NCBI RefSeq assembly: GCF_016432865.1
Contig: NC_067398.1
Location: 712,752,001 to 712,816,000, forward strand
Direction: 5' to 3'
Source of the DNA: Antechinus flavipes
Taxonomy: Eukaryota
DNA length: 64,000 bases
This document shows positions 12,202 through 24,370 of the stretch, in pieces (within the stretch, counting starts at the first letter, position 1; each line of letters starts with the position of its first letter). Position numbers and translations under genes: made by a program. The notes below the pieces were generated by a model. The model searched no databases. It was given only the letters and a program-made list of their open reading frames with translations, and was not told where the DNA came from.

Positions 12202-12356
12202 NNNNNNNNNNNNNNNNNNNNNNNNNNNNNNNNNNNNNNNNNNNNNNNNNNNNNNNNNNNNNNNNNNNNNNNNNNNNNNNNNNNNNNNNNNNNNNNNNNN
12301 NNNNNNNNNNNNNNNNNNNNNNNNNNNNNNNNNNNNNNNNNNNNNNNNNNNNNNNN
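12202..12356. other. Assembly gap (155 N)
   Basis: Run of N. Confidence 1.
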
Positions 12357-12479
12357 CCCCTCCATATCCAATGCTTACCCCATAGATGACTTAAGACAAA
12401 TTCAACTCTTAAGCTTTTGTGTCAAGTTGGGGCAGGAAATTTTCAACCCCCTGATGAGCAAAGCCCAGGGACGCCCAAC

Positions 12480-13340
12480 CTGCCGGTGAAAAGGAAACCT
12501 AAAAGAATGGCGAAAGAGTTCTCGCACTGCCTGCTTGAAGAAGCCCCTTACTGTGGATGCTGCTGGGCCACGTGTCCCGGCTCCCGCCAGCTGCGCCCCG
12601 TGCGACTCTGGGGCTGGGGCCGATGCCGGTCTGACCGAGATCCGCAGCTCTTGGGGCGGGCATTAGTGGAAGCCATCGTGGGCACCCAAGTGAAAACAGA
12701 TGCAGCCCCGCTCCACGGGGAGCTTTGGCTGAGGGGAAACAGCCCAGAAGGGCGCCAGTCCCTCCCCAAGACGAGGGCCCGGTCAGAGGCAGCGTAGGCC
12801 AGGGGTCCAGCCGGCCAAGCATCGGGACCCGGCGGAACAGCGAGACGCCTTCGTGCTGCCAAGCTACCCATCATGGCGCTTCCGGGATGCTGTTCTCGGC
12901 TCTCCCTGCCAGGGCATCAATATTACGTCTACACCCTCGGTTAAACAGAACTCGGTGGCAGTTCCATCATTTCGTGGGGATTAGCCATCTGGAAGCTGAA
13001 GCAGGCCGCGGAGTAAAGAATGGGATCCAATTTTGCATTCGCCAAAATGAGCCGTAGCAGGCTCAATTTATGGCAGATGGTTATGCAGTCTCAGCAGGCG
13101 CAAACTCTCCCCGCAAAGACTCATGTTGATGCCAATTACTATAATAGGAGCCAGCGCGGCGACCGGAGAGGGTTGGCGGGTGACGGTGGGAAGGGCGGAT
13201 CGGGACCCGGCCCGCAGGCGGCCCGACGGTGGCGGCCCCCTCATCCATTCAGATCACTTAAGAGGGAAGAGGGGAAAACTCAGACGGGAGCAGAGAAAGC
13301 TCCTTCCTCCAAGACAGAACAGGAAAGGAGCGAGTCCCGC
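12480..13340. promoter_or_regulatory. CpG island (orphan; promoter or enhancer candidate)
   Basis: Highest GC and CpG density in the window over ~850 bp. No repeat similarity and no recognisable protein. Confidence 0.7.
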
Positions 13341-13348
13341 TGGGATCA

Positions 13349-13667
13349 GAGAACTGGGGATGTCAGGGCTGGGAGGGGGCTTAGAACAGGGGATGTCAGA
13401 GCCAGAGCAAGCCTGGCTGGAGCCACAGAGGGCCAAAGCCAGAGAAAAAGGCTTTATAAAGTACGAGGTCAAAACTGCAGAGGGCAGTGGCTGAAAGAAA
13501 GCCAGAATACAAAATGTCCAAGTTGGGAAGGACCTTAGAACGGGGTGTCAGGGATGGGAGGGAGCTTAGAACAGGAGATGTCAGCGCTGGGAGGGGCCTT
13601 AAAACAGGGGATGTCAAGGCTGCGGGGAGCTTAGAATAGGGAGTATCAGAGCTGAGAGGGCCCTTAG
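13349..13667. repeat. 33-bp minisatellite in two blocks (13349-13403 and 13504-13667)
   Basis: Repeated ccttagaacaggRgatgtcagRgctgggagg units of the same family as 4181-4300. Confidence 0.85.
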
Positions 13668-13899
13668 TGCTTCCTGACTCCTGACTCAAGCCTCTGCTCC
13701 TTTTATCATACTCAGTTCCTCTCACACAGATTAGCAATCTGACACAACCTTGGAAAAAAAACGAACTAACACGTAAGCACCTACTATGTGCCAGGTCCAA
13801 TGAAACAAGGCTCTGGGAAGATGAGTGACCACCACATTCTGCACAGCAGTGGCACACGACATGGGCAGAGGCAGCTGGGGACATCCCAGGGAACAGAAT

Positions 13900-14075
13900 G
13901 TTGGATCTGCAATCAGGGAACCCCAAGTTCAAATGCAGTCTCTTACTAGCTGTAACTCTAATCTGCCTCAGTTTCCCTAACTATAAAGTGGGTGCAATAA
14001 TAGCACCCACCTTGGATTGTTGTGATCAGATATTTGTAAAGAACTTAGCACAGGGCCTGGCACATACTGGCACTC
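13900..14075 (+). mobile_element. MIR
   Basis: caagttcaaat...ctgcctcagtttccctaactataaagtggg...cttagcacagggcctggcacata. Confidence 0.75.
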
Positions 14076-14624
14076 CATGACTGTTATTTCATAAGCCCCT
14101 GGAAGGGCTCCCCCTTCACCTGCCACCCCTGCAGCCCTTTGCTCAAAAACCACTTATTGCCCTGGATCCAGGACCAGCCGATTTTGGCCTGTAGGGAATG
14201 CTTGGGTTACAAGTGTGGGCCTTAGAACGGAATCGAGTTCAAGGCAAGGAAGCCCCACTCTCAGACCCATCTGCCCAAAGTCATGAGGGACAGCCATCGC
14301 AGCCAAGCTGCCTCACGGCCGAGGGGACACGTATGCAGGCGCCGATGGCCGTTCGGTCACAGGACCCCTGGGTCACACAGCAGAGGGGATCTCGAAGGTC
14401 CATCGAGGCCAGCCCTCACCTCTTTATAGGGGGAGAAAGATGAGAACTTCAATGACTTGTCTAAGGCCCTATTTCTAGGAAATAAATGGGTTCCAAACTA
14501 AGGTCTTCTCACCACCAAACCCAGCGCTGGATCCGCTATTAGCACGCTACCTGGGAGCCCAGCTCCACCATTTTATGGATGAGGAAATGGGCTCAGGGAG
14601 GCTCACTGGGCCTGAAGATTAAAA

Positions 14625-14810
14625 ATACCAGAGTTTAGATCTGACTAGCTATATGACTCTGGGCAAGTCACCTCACTGTTTGCCTCAGTTTCCTCAAATG
14701 TAAAATGGGGATCATAACGCCTGCTTCTCAGGGTTGTTGGATCAAATGAGATAACTGTAATATGCTCAGCAGTGTCTGGCACATAGTGGGCACTATACAT
14801 AAACATTAGC
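14625..14810 (+). mobile_element. MIR
   Basis: tgactctgggcaagtcacctcactgtttgcctcagtttcctcaaatgtaaaatgggg...gtctggcacatagtgggcact. Confidence 0.8.
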
Positions 14811-16829
14811 TAATATTAGCTTGACCAAGATCACACAGATTGCAGCTATCTAAGACTTGAACCCAAGGCCTTTGGTTCTAGAACCCCTGCTGTTTCTACC
14901 ACCTGCAGTGACCCCCCAAAGGCAACACTGGTCTCTGTCATGGATTCCAGGTGGTCCCAGAGGTAGTGGGTTTCCACGGAGAGCCACGTCTCTGGGACCC
15001 GTCCCTGAATCTCGTCAAGTGGTTACTGCTTGGGTGACTTTGGACTAGTCATCCACTCTCACAACGCCCTTTCCTGACCTGTGACATGGCAGACTGGCTG
15101 GCTCCTCCCAGCTCTTCCTGCAGTCTGCAGTCTTAAAGAAATGGAAATTAAGGCACCGAAGAGGGCAGGTAGGAAGAGGCCATTGTGGACTGTGAAGTAA
15201 AATGTATGCAAAGATGGCACCAGGGAAGCGAGGATGGGCAGGCTCCATGGTGAGGTAGGTGGGTGTCTGAGGCCGGTGCCCCTGCAAAGTCAGCAGAGCC
15301 GAGGAAGCCTCCAACACATGGGATGGACCTCTCCTTGGAAGACCAAGGGGGTGGGGTTTATGGACCAGAGCCAATAATGGGCAAGCGGCCTTCAGACAAT
15401 GAGCCGTCCATCTCAGTGAGGTCATAGATCCATTGGAATATTGTCCCACCCCGCCATCACACGTTCCCTGGGAACATGTAACTAAAAGAACAAAGCTATT
15501 GGAAAATGAGCCATCATCGAGCTCTTCCTGGACAGACTTCCTTTTAAACACTCCAGGGAAGGACCCGGGCAAACACGGGGACTGGGGGGACTTGTGTGAG
15601 TAGCTCAGTCTTGCTCTTCTCCAAAAGCTCCTGTAAATCACGTACCTTCAATCATGCAAGATGGAAACCCTAGATGGGACCTTAGCAGATCATCCATCGC
15701 CCCTAGGATGTCCCAGCTGTGTATCCACCCTCACCCCCATCCCAATCAACAAGCAGAACCACAGGGGGAAGAGGAAGCTTGCAGAGCTCTCTACAATCCT
15801 CCCGAAGGCTGAAGTTGCTTGCTCGACGTTCACCAAAGTATCAGGTACTTTGTGTTTCTTATGACTTTAAGGTCACTTATTTTTCAGCATGAATATCTTT
15901 ATTCCTACATTGTATTTGGCAAGTCCAAACCCATCAAATCCCCAGAAATCAATCCATAGAAAGAGGCTGGGACACAGAAATGAAATGGGACTTCCCCCAA
16001 GACCACAAAGCAAGAGGGAAGAGCGCTGGATCAGGGGCCGAGCTCCACGGCGATCGGAATTCTACCACTTGCCTGCCGTGACCCTTCGGAGTAATCTCTT
16101 CGGATCTATTTCATGAACTGTAAAATGGCAGGGGGTGGGCTCAGCTAGCTTTCGATCGGTAAGCCAGAGAATGAGAACATGATCTCTAGACCCTCAAGCT
16201 CTTTGCTACTACTCCATCCCACCCTTCCACAGTAACAAAGATTTACAGAAAAGACTTTAGCAATCTATATCCAACTCCCTCGTTTTACAGGTGGGGATAC
16301 CGAGACCCAGAGGGATGAAGGACTCCTGGATCACACAGATGGCAAGGGATAGTTAGAAACCAGTTCTTGCAACTCGGAAAGTCGGCATTCTTGTTCCCCA
16401 CTGGCTCTCACCAGGGAGAATGAAGCTAAGTGTGACTTGTTTCCCAGAGGGCAAAGTTGCCCATCCCTGGGACTTCAATCCCGCGATACAGGGGCCTCAG
16501 GGGTCTTCTTGTGCAGCCTCCTCTTCTGTAGAAGAAGTAGAGGACCACCCAATGGAAGCAGCTTGCTCAACGTCACACAAGCACTAAGAACAAGGTGAAA
16601 TTTGAACCTGGGCTTTATGGCTCCAAAGCCAAAGTTTTGGTTTTTTCCATAACTCAAATGAAAAATCACCGGAAATCAAAGGTCCTAGGTCTGCTGCTTG
16701 CAACTTGCATGATTTTGGGCCTTACTTTATACTGGTAATTTGCCTAGCTCATCCAGGTTGTAGAAGGTAGAGTCCGGATTTGAACTCTTCACTTTATCAC
16801 GTTGCCTCTGTTAACTGAGGGGTGGCTTG

Positions 16830-17400
16830 CACTGACCCCCGAGGTACGCGCCTTCACACGCCAACACTGGGTGACGGGAGGCCGGCCGGGCCCGCTGCTA
16901 AGAGAATGAGTAATCAGTATTCCTCAGCTTTGCCAGCCAGCTTGCCATGCAGTGATGCCCCGGGGCAAACCTTTTAGCTCAGCACCTCCGTTAATAAACA
17001 CGGTAAGTAAGTCACTCTCCGGTTCCACTTCGTGAAGCTCCCTCCCAGTCGGCAGGCTGGGCGATCCTGCTATCGACAAACTAACAGGCAGTGTCGGAAT
17101 ATATTAGGGACCAATGAGCCATGGGGCCGTCCTGATGTTCTTTCCGCCACCTCTCCAACGCTGCACAAATAAACAGTTATGAGACGCAGGTAAGTTTTTC
17201 CCGACTCGGGCAAACTTGGGGCCATTCTCGCCGGCCCTAGTCTGGGCGCCCTGGTCCGTGGGAGCCGTCACCTGAGGTGAAGGGGAGCCCATTAGCACTC
17301 TACTTTGTGGCTTATAAATTCCAATGGGCGAGGTAAAGGAACTCGGGCACCTTTCGCGTGAACAAAAAATTCTCAAATTCAAAGCAACAGATGGTATTTG
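16830..17400. promoter_or_regulatory. CpG-rich non-repetitive element (enhancer or promoter candidate)
   Basis: CpG retention, AATAAACA at 16993 and 17168, CCAAT at 17111 and 17321, TATAAA at 17313. Confidence 0.5.
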
Positions 17401-17839
17401 GGGGGACAGCCATCATACTCCAAAACAAATATCCCAAATAATCATCAAGGAAAGCCCCCTGATGTAAAGCCGAGGGGCTGCGTCAAGGCTGAGCTCTGCT
17501 ACTGACCAGCTCGATGATCTTGGCAAAGATATCTCCTTACTTTGAACCTCAGTCTTCCCCATCCAAAAAAGATAAGGATTGGAGAAGGCTCAGATGATCT
17601 TGAACTGCATCATATAAAAAGAAGAGAAGAGTAATATATGAAGTGTGGAAGGAAGTGGAGAGGAAAAAAGAGGAAAAGAAAAGGGGGGGGGGGAAGGAGA
17701 GTAAGAGAGAGTTCCAATAAATTTGTCCATTTTTTTCTTGTTTTTACAGAATTATCAATAAGCATTTATTAAGTATCTTTCATACACCATATTTTATCCA
17801 TTTTCTCTCCTCCAACCTTTATTTAAAAAACCTTTGGAG

Positions 17840-18011
17840 GGGGCAGCTAGGTGGTGCAGTAGTTAGAGCACCAGACCTGAAGTCAGGAGCACCCGAGTTC
17901 AAATCTGGCCTCAGACACTTAACACTTCCTAGCTGTGCAACCCTGGGCAAGTCACTTAACCCCAATTGCTTCAGCCAATAAATAAATGAATAAATGAATG
18001 AATGCATGAAT
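17840..18011 (+). mobile_element. WSINE1, full length, with 11-bp target-site duplication
   Basis: aacctttggag at 17829-17839 and 18012-18022. Intact head and body with an (AATA/AATG)n tail. Confidence 0.92.
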
Positions 18012-18424
18012 AACCTTTGGAGATGAGCAACGTCACAATTTAGAGATGAGGGAAACATTTCAGAAAAAGGGAAATGAGTTGGAAGTGGTTGGGAGTGCCA
18101 GGACTAGCGCTCATAACACCTGTAGCCTCCTAACAAAGCAATTGTATTATCTGGCCTTAGAGGAGGGAAAAAAAAATTTTTTTTTGATTGTTCACTAAAT
18201 AATTTTAGACACTGAATGGATCCCAACTATTTCAAAATGGTGTCAGATGAAACTTTAAAAAAAAAAAAAAGATTCATATGTCTTGACTTAACCATATCTT
18301 TGCTTCCTAACAAATTCCCCTTGCCCCTAAACTGTGGCGTTATTGTTTAAACTAACAAAAGGGAGGACTGGGTCCATTTAAATGAATACAGTCATTTATA
18401 AAGCCCCCACTGTGCTTTATTATT

Positions 18425-18575
18425 ATTCAATTGTTTTCAGCTGTTGCCAACTCTTCATGATCCCAGGTGAGGTTTTCCTGGTCAAGATACCGGAGTGGTC
18501 TTGGAGTAATCTGATATTTCCTTCTCCAGCTTATGTTACAGATGAGGAAACTGAGGCAAACAGGATTGACTAACC
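18425..18575 (-). mobile_element. Mar1-type SINE fragment
   Basis: ggttttcctggtcaagataccggagtgg...atttccttctccagc...tacagatgaggaaactgaggcaaacagg. Confidence 0.75.
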
Positions 18576-19495
18576 CATATGCCATGTTAGCAATGGGGAT
18601 AGATGCAAAGACAAAAACGAAATGAACTCTTGTCTTCAAGGACCTTGCATTCTATCCAGAGAAACTAAAGGTATCCATATGAGTTGCTACAAAATACAAA
18701 GTAGAGAGAACACTGTTAAATGTAACTAGTTTAGTGGCCTCTTTCTTCTACACTGTAATCAGTTTGTTGCTCTTCTGGCTGATTGCTTCTGTCCGCCTTG
18801 CTTCAGACCAGCCTTCCAAAGTGGCTGTTTTTTTAGATTGGTCCGTTCCTTCCTTGAAGGGGAGCAGCCACTTAAATTGGTCTCCTCGTTGGATTTATCC
18901 ACAAAGATTGATTAGGACATCCCACAATTGTCGGCCACATAATTTTGCTTCCAGCTTCTTGCTTTTACATATTACTACATCAAATAAATTTAAATACAGG
19001 GAATAGATTCACTTTTAAATGGAAGTGGAGAGCAAGCTTTAAAGACAAGAAAGGCTGGGGCCCTGCTCCTGGCTGGGTGACCCCTCCACCTCCTCCATGC
19101 TGTAGTTTCTTCATCCAGAAGCCCCTAATACTGAATAATTTAGAATAAAAGGACATGCAAAGAGAGAAAGAAGTCTGGTGCCATAGAAAAGGCCTTGGAC
19201 TTAGGGTCAGACGGCCCAGAGTCAAGCCTCAGCCCTACACCTGTGCATCCCGTGATGCATCCAGGGCCTGAGTGGCCCATTGTGAAGACTGGATTGGATG
19301 GTGTCTAAATTCTCTCCTTGCTCTAACTTGGGCAATAGTGCAGGAAGTGGAGAGAACCTGAGATTAGTCGCAGTTACAGGATTTCAGACTTGGAAGGGAC
19401 TTCAGGGACCAGTCCAACCCATACCTGAAGAATCTGATTTGTGACACCTCAAGCAGCCAGGTCAGACTCGGAGGGATTCACTATACTAATCTTCC

Positions 19496-19622
19496 TTTTT
19501 TGGGAGGCAATTGGGATTAATTCCAGCTTGGAAGTCTCAAGTATTTGAGACTGTATTTGAACTTAGATTTTCCTGACTCCAGGGTCAGTACTCCGTCCAC
19601 TATAGTGCTACCTAGCTACCCC
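19496..19622 (-). mobile_element. WSINE1-like SINE (diverged)
   Basis: ttttttgggaggcaattggg...ttcctgactccagggtcag...ctacctagctacccc. Confidence 0.7.
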
Positions 19623-19637
19623 ACCACTTCAGAGACA

Positions 19638-19690
19638 TTTAAGCCCCCTCCCAGCCCTGCCATCCCCTGTTCTAAGGCCCCTCCCAACTC
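19638..19690. repeat. 33-bp unit family, inverted orientation, ~1.6 copies
   Basis: cccagccctgccatcccctgttctaaggcccctccca is the reverse complement of the unit. Confidence 0.75.
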
Positions 19691-20240
19691 CACCACTACT
19701 TAAAAAGCTTCCCTCAAGTGATGGCAAACACTCCTGCACTGCTGGGCTTTTAAGAGGCAGCAGCTTTATAATCTAGGTAAAATCCTCCAAACTCCTAATC
19801 CCAAATAATCCCATTTTAGGTTTTTTAAACTAGTCAGTTCTGTAAAAATACTAAAGCAGTACAGAGTCATAACTAGAAAATCCTATCTGCGGTAAGGTCC
19901 ATGAAAGTTGCTTTCACCTCAACTTTTCAAAATAAATTCAAATGGGAGTAGAGCTTGAATTTTGAGAAACATGGCCCCGTAACAGAGGAGACTTTCATAC
20001 AGTGCCGATGGTCAAAGGACAAAGACTTGAGGTGCTTCATGGCAGGAGAGCCTTGAACACAGAGGCCACTACTAAGGGAAGGACCAGGATAATGATGTAT
20101 GAGAGAGCCCACCTTAACATGCTGTAAAAAGAGCTCCCTAAATTTCAGCACCTGGGGCACAGCTCTAGATGTTCTTGCCTAGTTGTGGCTATCAGACTTC
20201 TTCATAACCATAAAAGATATAATAGAGAACTTGAAGGTTT

Positions 20241-20242
<2 letters not shown>

Positions 20243-20271
<29 letters not shown>
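20243..20271. repeat. (TA)n microsatellite
   Basis: Direct reading. Confidence 0.95.
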
Positions 20272-20274
<3 letters not shown>

Positions 20275-21650
20275 CATCTTCTTTGCTCCTCAAAACAATT
20301 CTGTGAGGGAAATACTTTATTGTTATTTTACCCAGTTCATAGATGAGAAGTTTTGAGAATTGACAAATTTAATGTCAACTAGTAAATGGCTAGAGCAGAA
20401 TCCGAACTTGCCTTTCTGCTGCCAAGGGCACCATACAATCCCCTGCATCACTGAACGTCCCAGAAGCAGAACAGATCTCTCTGCATTTAGTCCATCTGAC
20501 CAAAACTGTTGACCTGATCATTCTTTCTCTAATACTTATAAGAAAGAGACTGGATCAAAATAAATAATTCATTCAAGGTCATGGGTAATCATAAATAGTC
20601 GATCTAGGATAAAAAGTCAGTTTCTCAATGAGTCCTAGTAAAATAATCTGGAAACATTCCATGAGATTTAATCACCGGCACATCCCGCAGCTCTGGAACA
20701 TCAGTCCCAAGGATCTTGGGAGAAAACAGTGCACTAGAACCAGAGCACAATCTCTGCTGCCCTCCTTTAGGCGATCACAAAGACAAATCAAAACCAAAGC
20801 TATGATAGATAGAAGGCCTTTTGTCCTTCACAGACCAGTGTGATTCCTATTGAAGACCCATAAAACCAGATGGGGAATAGCCAATGATGGGATGAAGGAA
20901 GGGGTTTCCAATCTGAACAGACTGGGGGTAAATAGGCTTCACAAGAGCTCAAATGGATCGGTATCACAGAATCTCAGTGCGAGAGAACAGCTTCTGGGCC
21001 ATTTCATCCTATTATTTCAAGTTACAGATGAAGAAACTGAATTAAGACCGCAAAGTGTCTGCCCAAGGCAAAGGCCCAAAGCCAACCAGGGCAGCCCCAT
21101 AGCCAGTATCCAGGTCTTAGCACCTATGGAAGTCTTTCCCACTTCCTTTCTGCTCACTCTCCTCAAATGATCACATCCCCTTTCCCCCCCTCCCTGCTGC
21201 ATTGAACTTCCTTGGAAGCAGAAATTACCTTTGGTCTTGTCTTTGTACCGCCAGCATCCAGCAGTTTCTGACAGAATCATCACAGCCTAGTGGGGAATTG
21301 AGGGAAGGGAATGTGCTCTACCCCCATGGGGAATTCTGTATTCCTGAAATCAGAACTTTAAAATACCAAATTACTTTTTTTAATTCTAATAAAACAACGG
21401 ACAAGTATACAAATCTACCTGCTGAAAACAGTGACCATAATATAGCTGCTAAGGACTTTGGGCAAACTCTAGGATCTTTGGGAAATACATTAAAATGACC
21501 AAAACGGAGTCTGTGTATGAACATATGCCCCAGGTCTTCTGCCTTCCTCCTCCTCATGTGTTTTCAAGACTCAAATGATCACGAGGAAAGCCCTTTCAGA
21601 TTGGCAGCTCAGTTTTATGGGGAACACTCATGGATTCATTCATTGGCACA

Positions 21651-21994
21651 TGTTATCAGCAAGTCTGGAGAAGTCTACTTGAAATAAGGATACTTACAAC
21701 AAGGTGCTAACTCAGTGGGATTGATGAGATGATGGTTCTCTAGCTCACACATGCTCAGTGTGCTGTAATGATGTACGTGTAATAGGGTATTTAAGGGCTG
21801 AGAGGCTGGAAATGAGACACTCCATCTTGGACCATCTTCTTGGTGACTCTCCTGCCTCCTGTCTCCTCCACTAAGCTCAAGACTGGGCCAGAATAAAGAC
21901 TCTAGACTCTATTCCTGTCCATTCTCGTGGTGTCTATCCTGCTGAGACCAAGGCCCGTCCAAAGGACCTCCAGAAAGCTAGCCCGAACATTACA
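21651..21994 (+). mobile_element. Solo ERV LTR (marsupial type)
   Basis: TG...CA ends (tgtt...ttaca), TATA-like tatttaa at 21788 and AATAAA at 21892, resembling a recalled dasyurid LTR family. No matching TSD found, so the left end is uncertain. Confidence 0.7.
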
Positions 21995-22344
21995 AGTGAA
22001 CTGGGCACAACCACCTGGAAGGGAAGAAGGGCAGGAGAACTTCATCACTGTTGTAAAGATGAACTGCCTCCATCACAGGAAGGCAACATGAACCCCAAAG
22101 ATTCCTTTCAGCTCTGAATCTAAGAAGCCCTTCTATGACCCAAACGGCTTGAGATTGGCCATTTCATGCACACTTTTCAGAGTAGCTCCCATCCCCTAAT
22201 TCCCAAACCAACTTTTCTAGACCATAGTTTCCTCACCAGTAAAAGGAAACAATTGTAGTACTGGGAATTTTTATATGCTGTTTAGGCCTCGAAACCAAGA
22301 TCCCCCAACGCCAATTTATGCAAACCTTTCAACACAACATTCTA

Positions 22345-24370
22345 TTTAAATCAACATTCAGAACCTACTCTGTGCCAGGAATTGTTTAAGCAATTAAAGT
22401 GGAAAAGACAAAACACAAAACTCACAACTCTCAATGTCTACCCTCAAAGAGCTTACTGTCTTCTGCTGTTATAGGGAAAGGAGGATCTATATGCAGACAC
22501 ATAAATCTATACACGTTTGTGGAAGATGAAAGTATTGACACCTGTAGTAATGGGAAGAGCAGTGATGGGAAGACTTGACAAATTAGAATTCTAAGGAATG
22601 GAGATGGAGCACTGCAGGTGGCAAAGGCAGAAATAAGAGGTGGAAATAATATTCCCAACCTTGATGGCTAGAACGGTACATGACGGGGCAAGGGTCAAGA
22701 ATTAGGATCCAGCTTTAGAGTTGGAAGGGCCTTTAAGGTTTATTTAGTCTAAAGATAAGGAAACAAGACCCAGAGAGCAGATATGCTTAAAGTCATCCAG
22801 CTAGTAGGTACTTGGCAGGGCTGGGATTTGAACTCAACCTCAAATCTAAAGCTTTTTGGAGGCCAACAGTGAGGGATTTTAACTGCCGTGTTGAATTATT
22901 TTATCCTACAGTAGGCAATAGTGAACTAGTGAAGGCTTGAGCCAGAGAATGACATGGTCTGAGTCGGGAGATCATTTTAGCTGCTGTTTGGAGGAGGAAG
23001 AGGAGAAAGTCTAGAAGAGGGATAATACTGTATATGAGCACTGGTGAGAGTCTGAGAATGATAGGTATATGAGCAAGGGACAGAGGGAAGTGACACTAGG
23101 AGTGAAAAGAGAGACAGCTGACAGAGGGAGTTAAGGGATAGGAAGGCTTATTAATGACTTCTAGGTAATAAGGCTGGGTGACTAACAGTCACATGGATTG
23201 AGGGGGGAAATTTTTGCTTTATTTGAGATGCACCAGGGACATTCAGTGGGTGAGGTTCAGCAGATAGCTGATGTAAAAATGGAGTGCCACTGAATTAAGA
23301 CTGAATAGTTATTTGGGAACCATCTACAATGTGACAAAATTGAATCATGGGAGCTCACATGGAAATACATGCACAAAGAAAAGTGTTCAAGATAGTCTTG
23401 GGGTATATCCATCCTTGGGAGAGGGACTGAATCAGTAGGAAAAGTATGAAATGGAGTGATCAAATGGAATCAAAAAAAAGGCAGCATCCCACAAGTCAAG
23501 CAGGGAAAATGCTCCAAGAGGAAGTGGTCAATGGCAACAAAATCTACACAGAAATTAAAGGTCACTGGTTCCTTTGCAACAGTTCTGGTAGCACAAGGTC
23601 AGGAGCTCAACTGTAAGGAAAGTGAAGTAAGCAGCAGGAGTTAAGAAGTTGAGGCTGTTGCCTGACAGGCTGTCCCATCAGGCAACCTTCTTGGATTCAA
23701 TAGTAAAAGGAAGAGGAAAAAGGCTGACAAATTGAGGGGATAGAAGGGTCAAGTAGCTTTTTAAGGTTAAGGAAGAACGTGCATTTTCATAAACAGCAGG
23801 GAAGGAACCAGAAGAAAGGGAGAGTTAATGGTGAGAGAGGGGAGGAAAGCTCCTGGTGAAAATAGAGGGGATAGATCAAAGAAGGATTAAACTTCACAAG
23901 TCTAAAAGAAAGGCAAAAACGTGAAGGTGTGCAGTGTGTGGAGTGGGAAAGAGCCCGTGATAATGGCTTTTCTCTGTCAGGTCATCTGCTAAGAGGAAAG
24001 GAGTTGGGAACAATGTAGAGGGCTTGGGAGGTGGGGAGGGATGGGGGGAGTTTTGAGCACTACCATGTGGATGTTTCTCCTGATAATGGAGAAATGAATT
24101 TGTGGTGCATCTAGGTGGTAGAAAGACTGCAAGATCTCCTCAAGCAGGATAAGATGATCAAAAAAAGTAAACAGAGTGGGAAAGGTGGGAGTGGGGGGAG
24201 AAGATGTAAGCTAAAGGATTCAACAACAAAGGCAAGGTATAATGACCAATTAACTATAGGGCCAAGTGTTCAAGGTGGGAATAATAAGGACAGGGTAGAA
24301 TGACAGATTAGAATAGGATTTAAGTCACTGGAGGTCATGATGAGAATAAATAGGTTTAGGAGTAGGGCCA
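22345..24370 (-). mobile_element. Long degenerate L2, interrupted by a MIR at ~22705-22860
   Basis: Begins with the reverse L2 tail (cctactctgtgccagg...ccctcaaagagcttac) and continues as purine-rich L2 antisense sequence. Confidence 0.65.

Noticed and set aside
12417-13538. Overlapping 100-170-aa ORFs in the CpG island as a protein-coding gene
   Set aside because: Long ORFs are expected in GC-rich DNA. No recognisable domain, and several frames are equally open.
23657-23686. 9-bp perfect stem (gttgcctga/tcaggcaac) as a structured RNA or terminator
   Set aside because: It is short, lies within a degenerate L2 and is plausible by chance in 64 kb.
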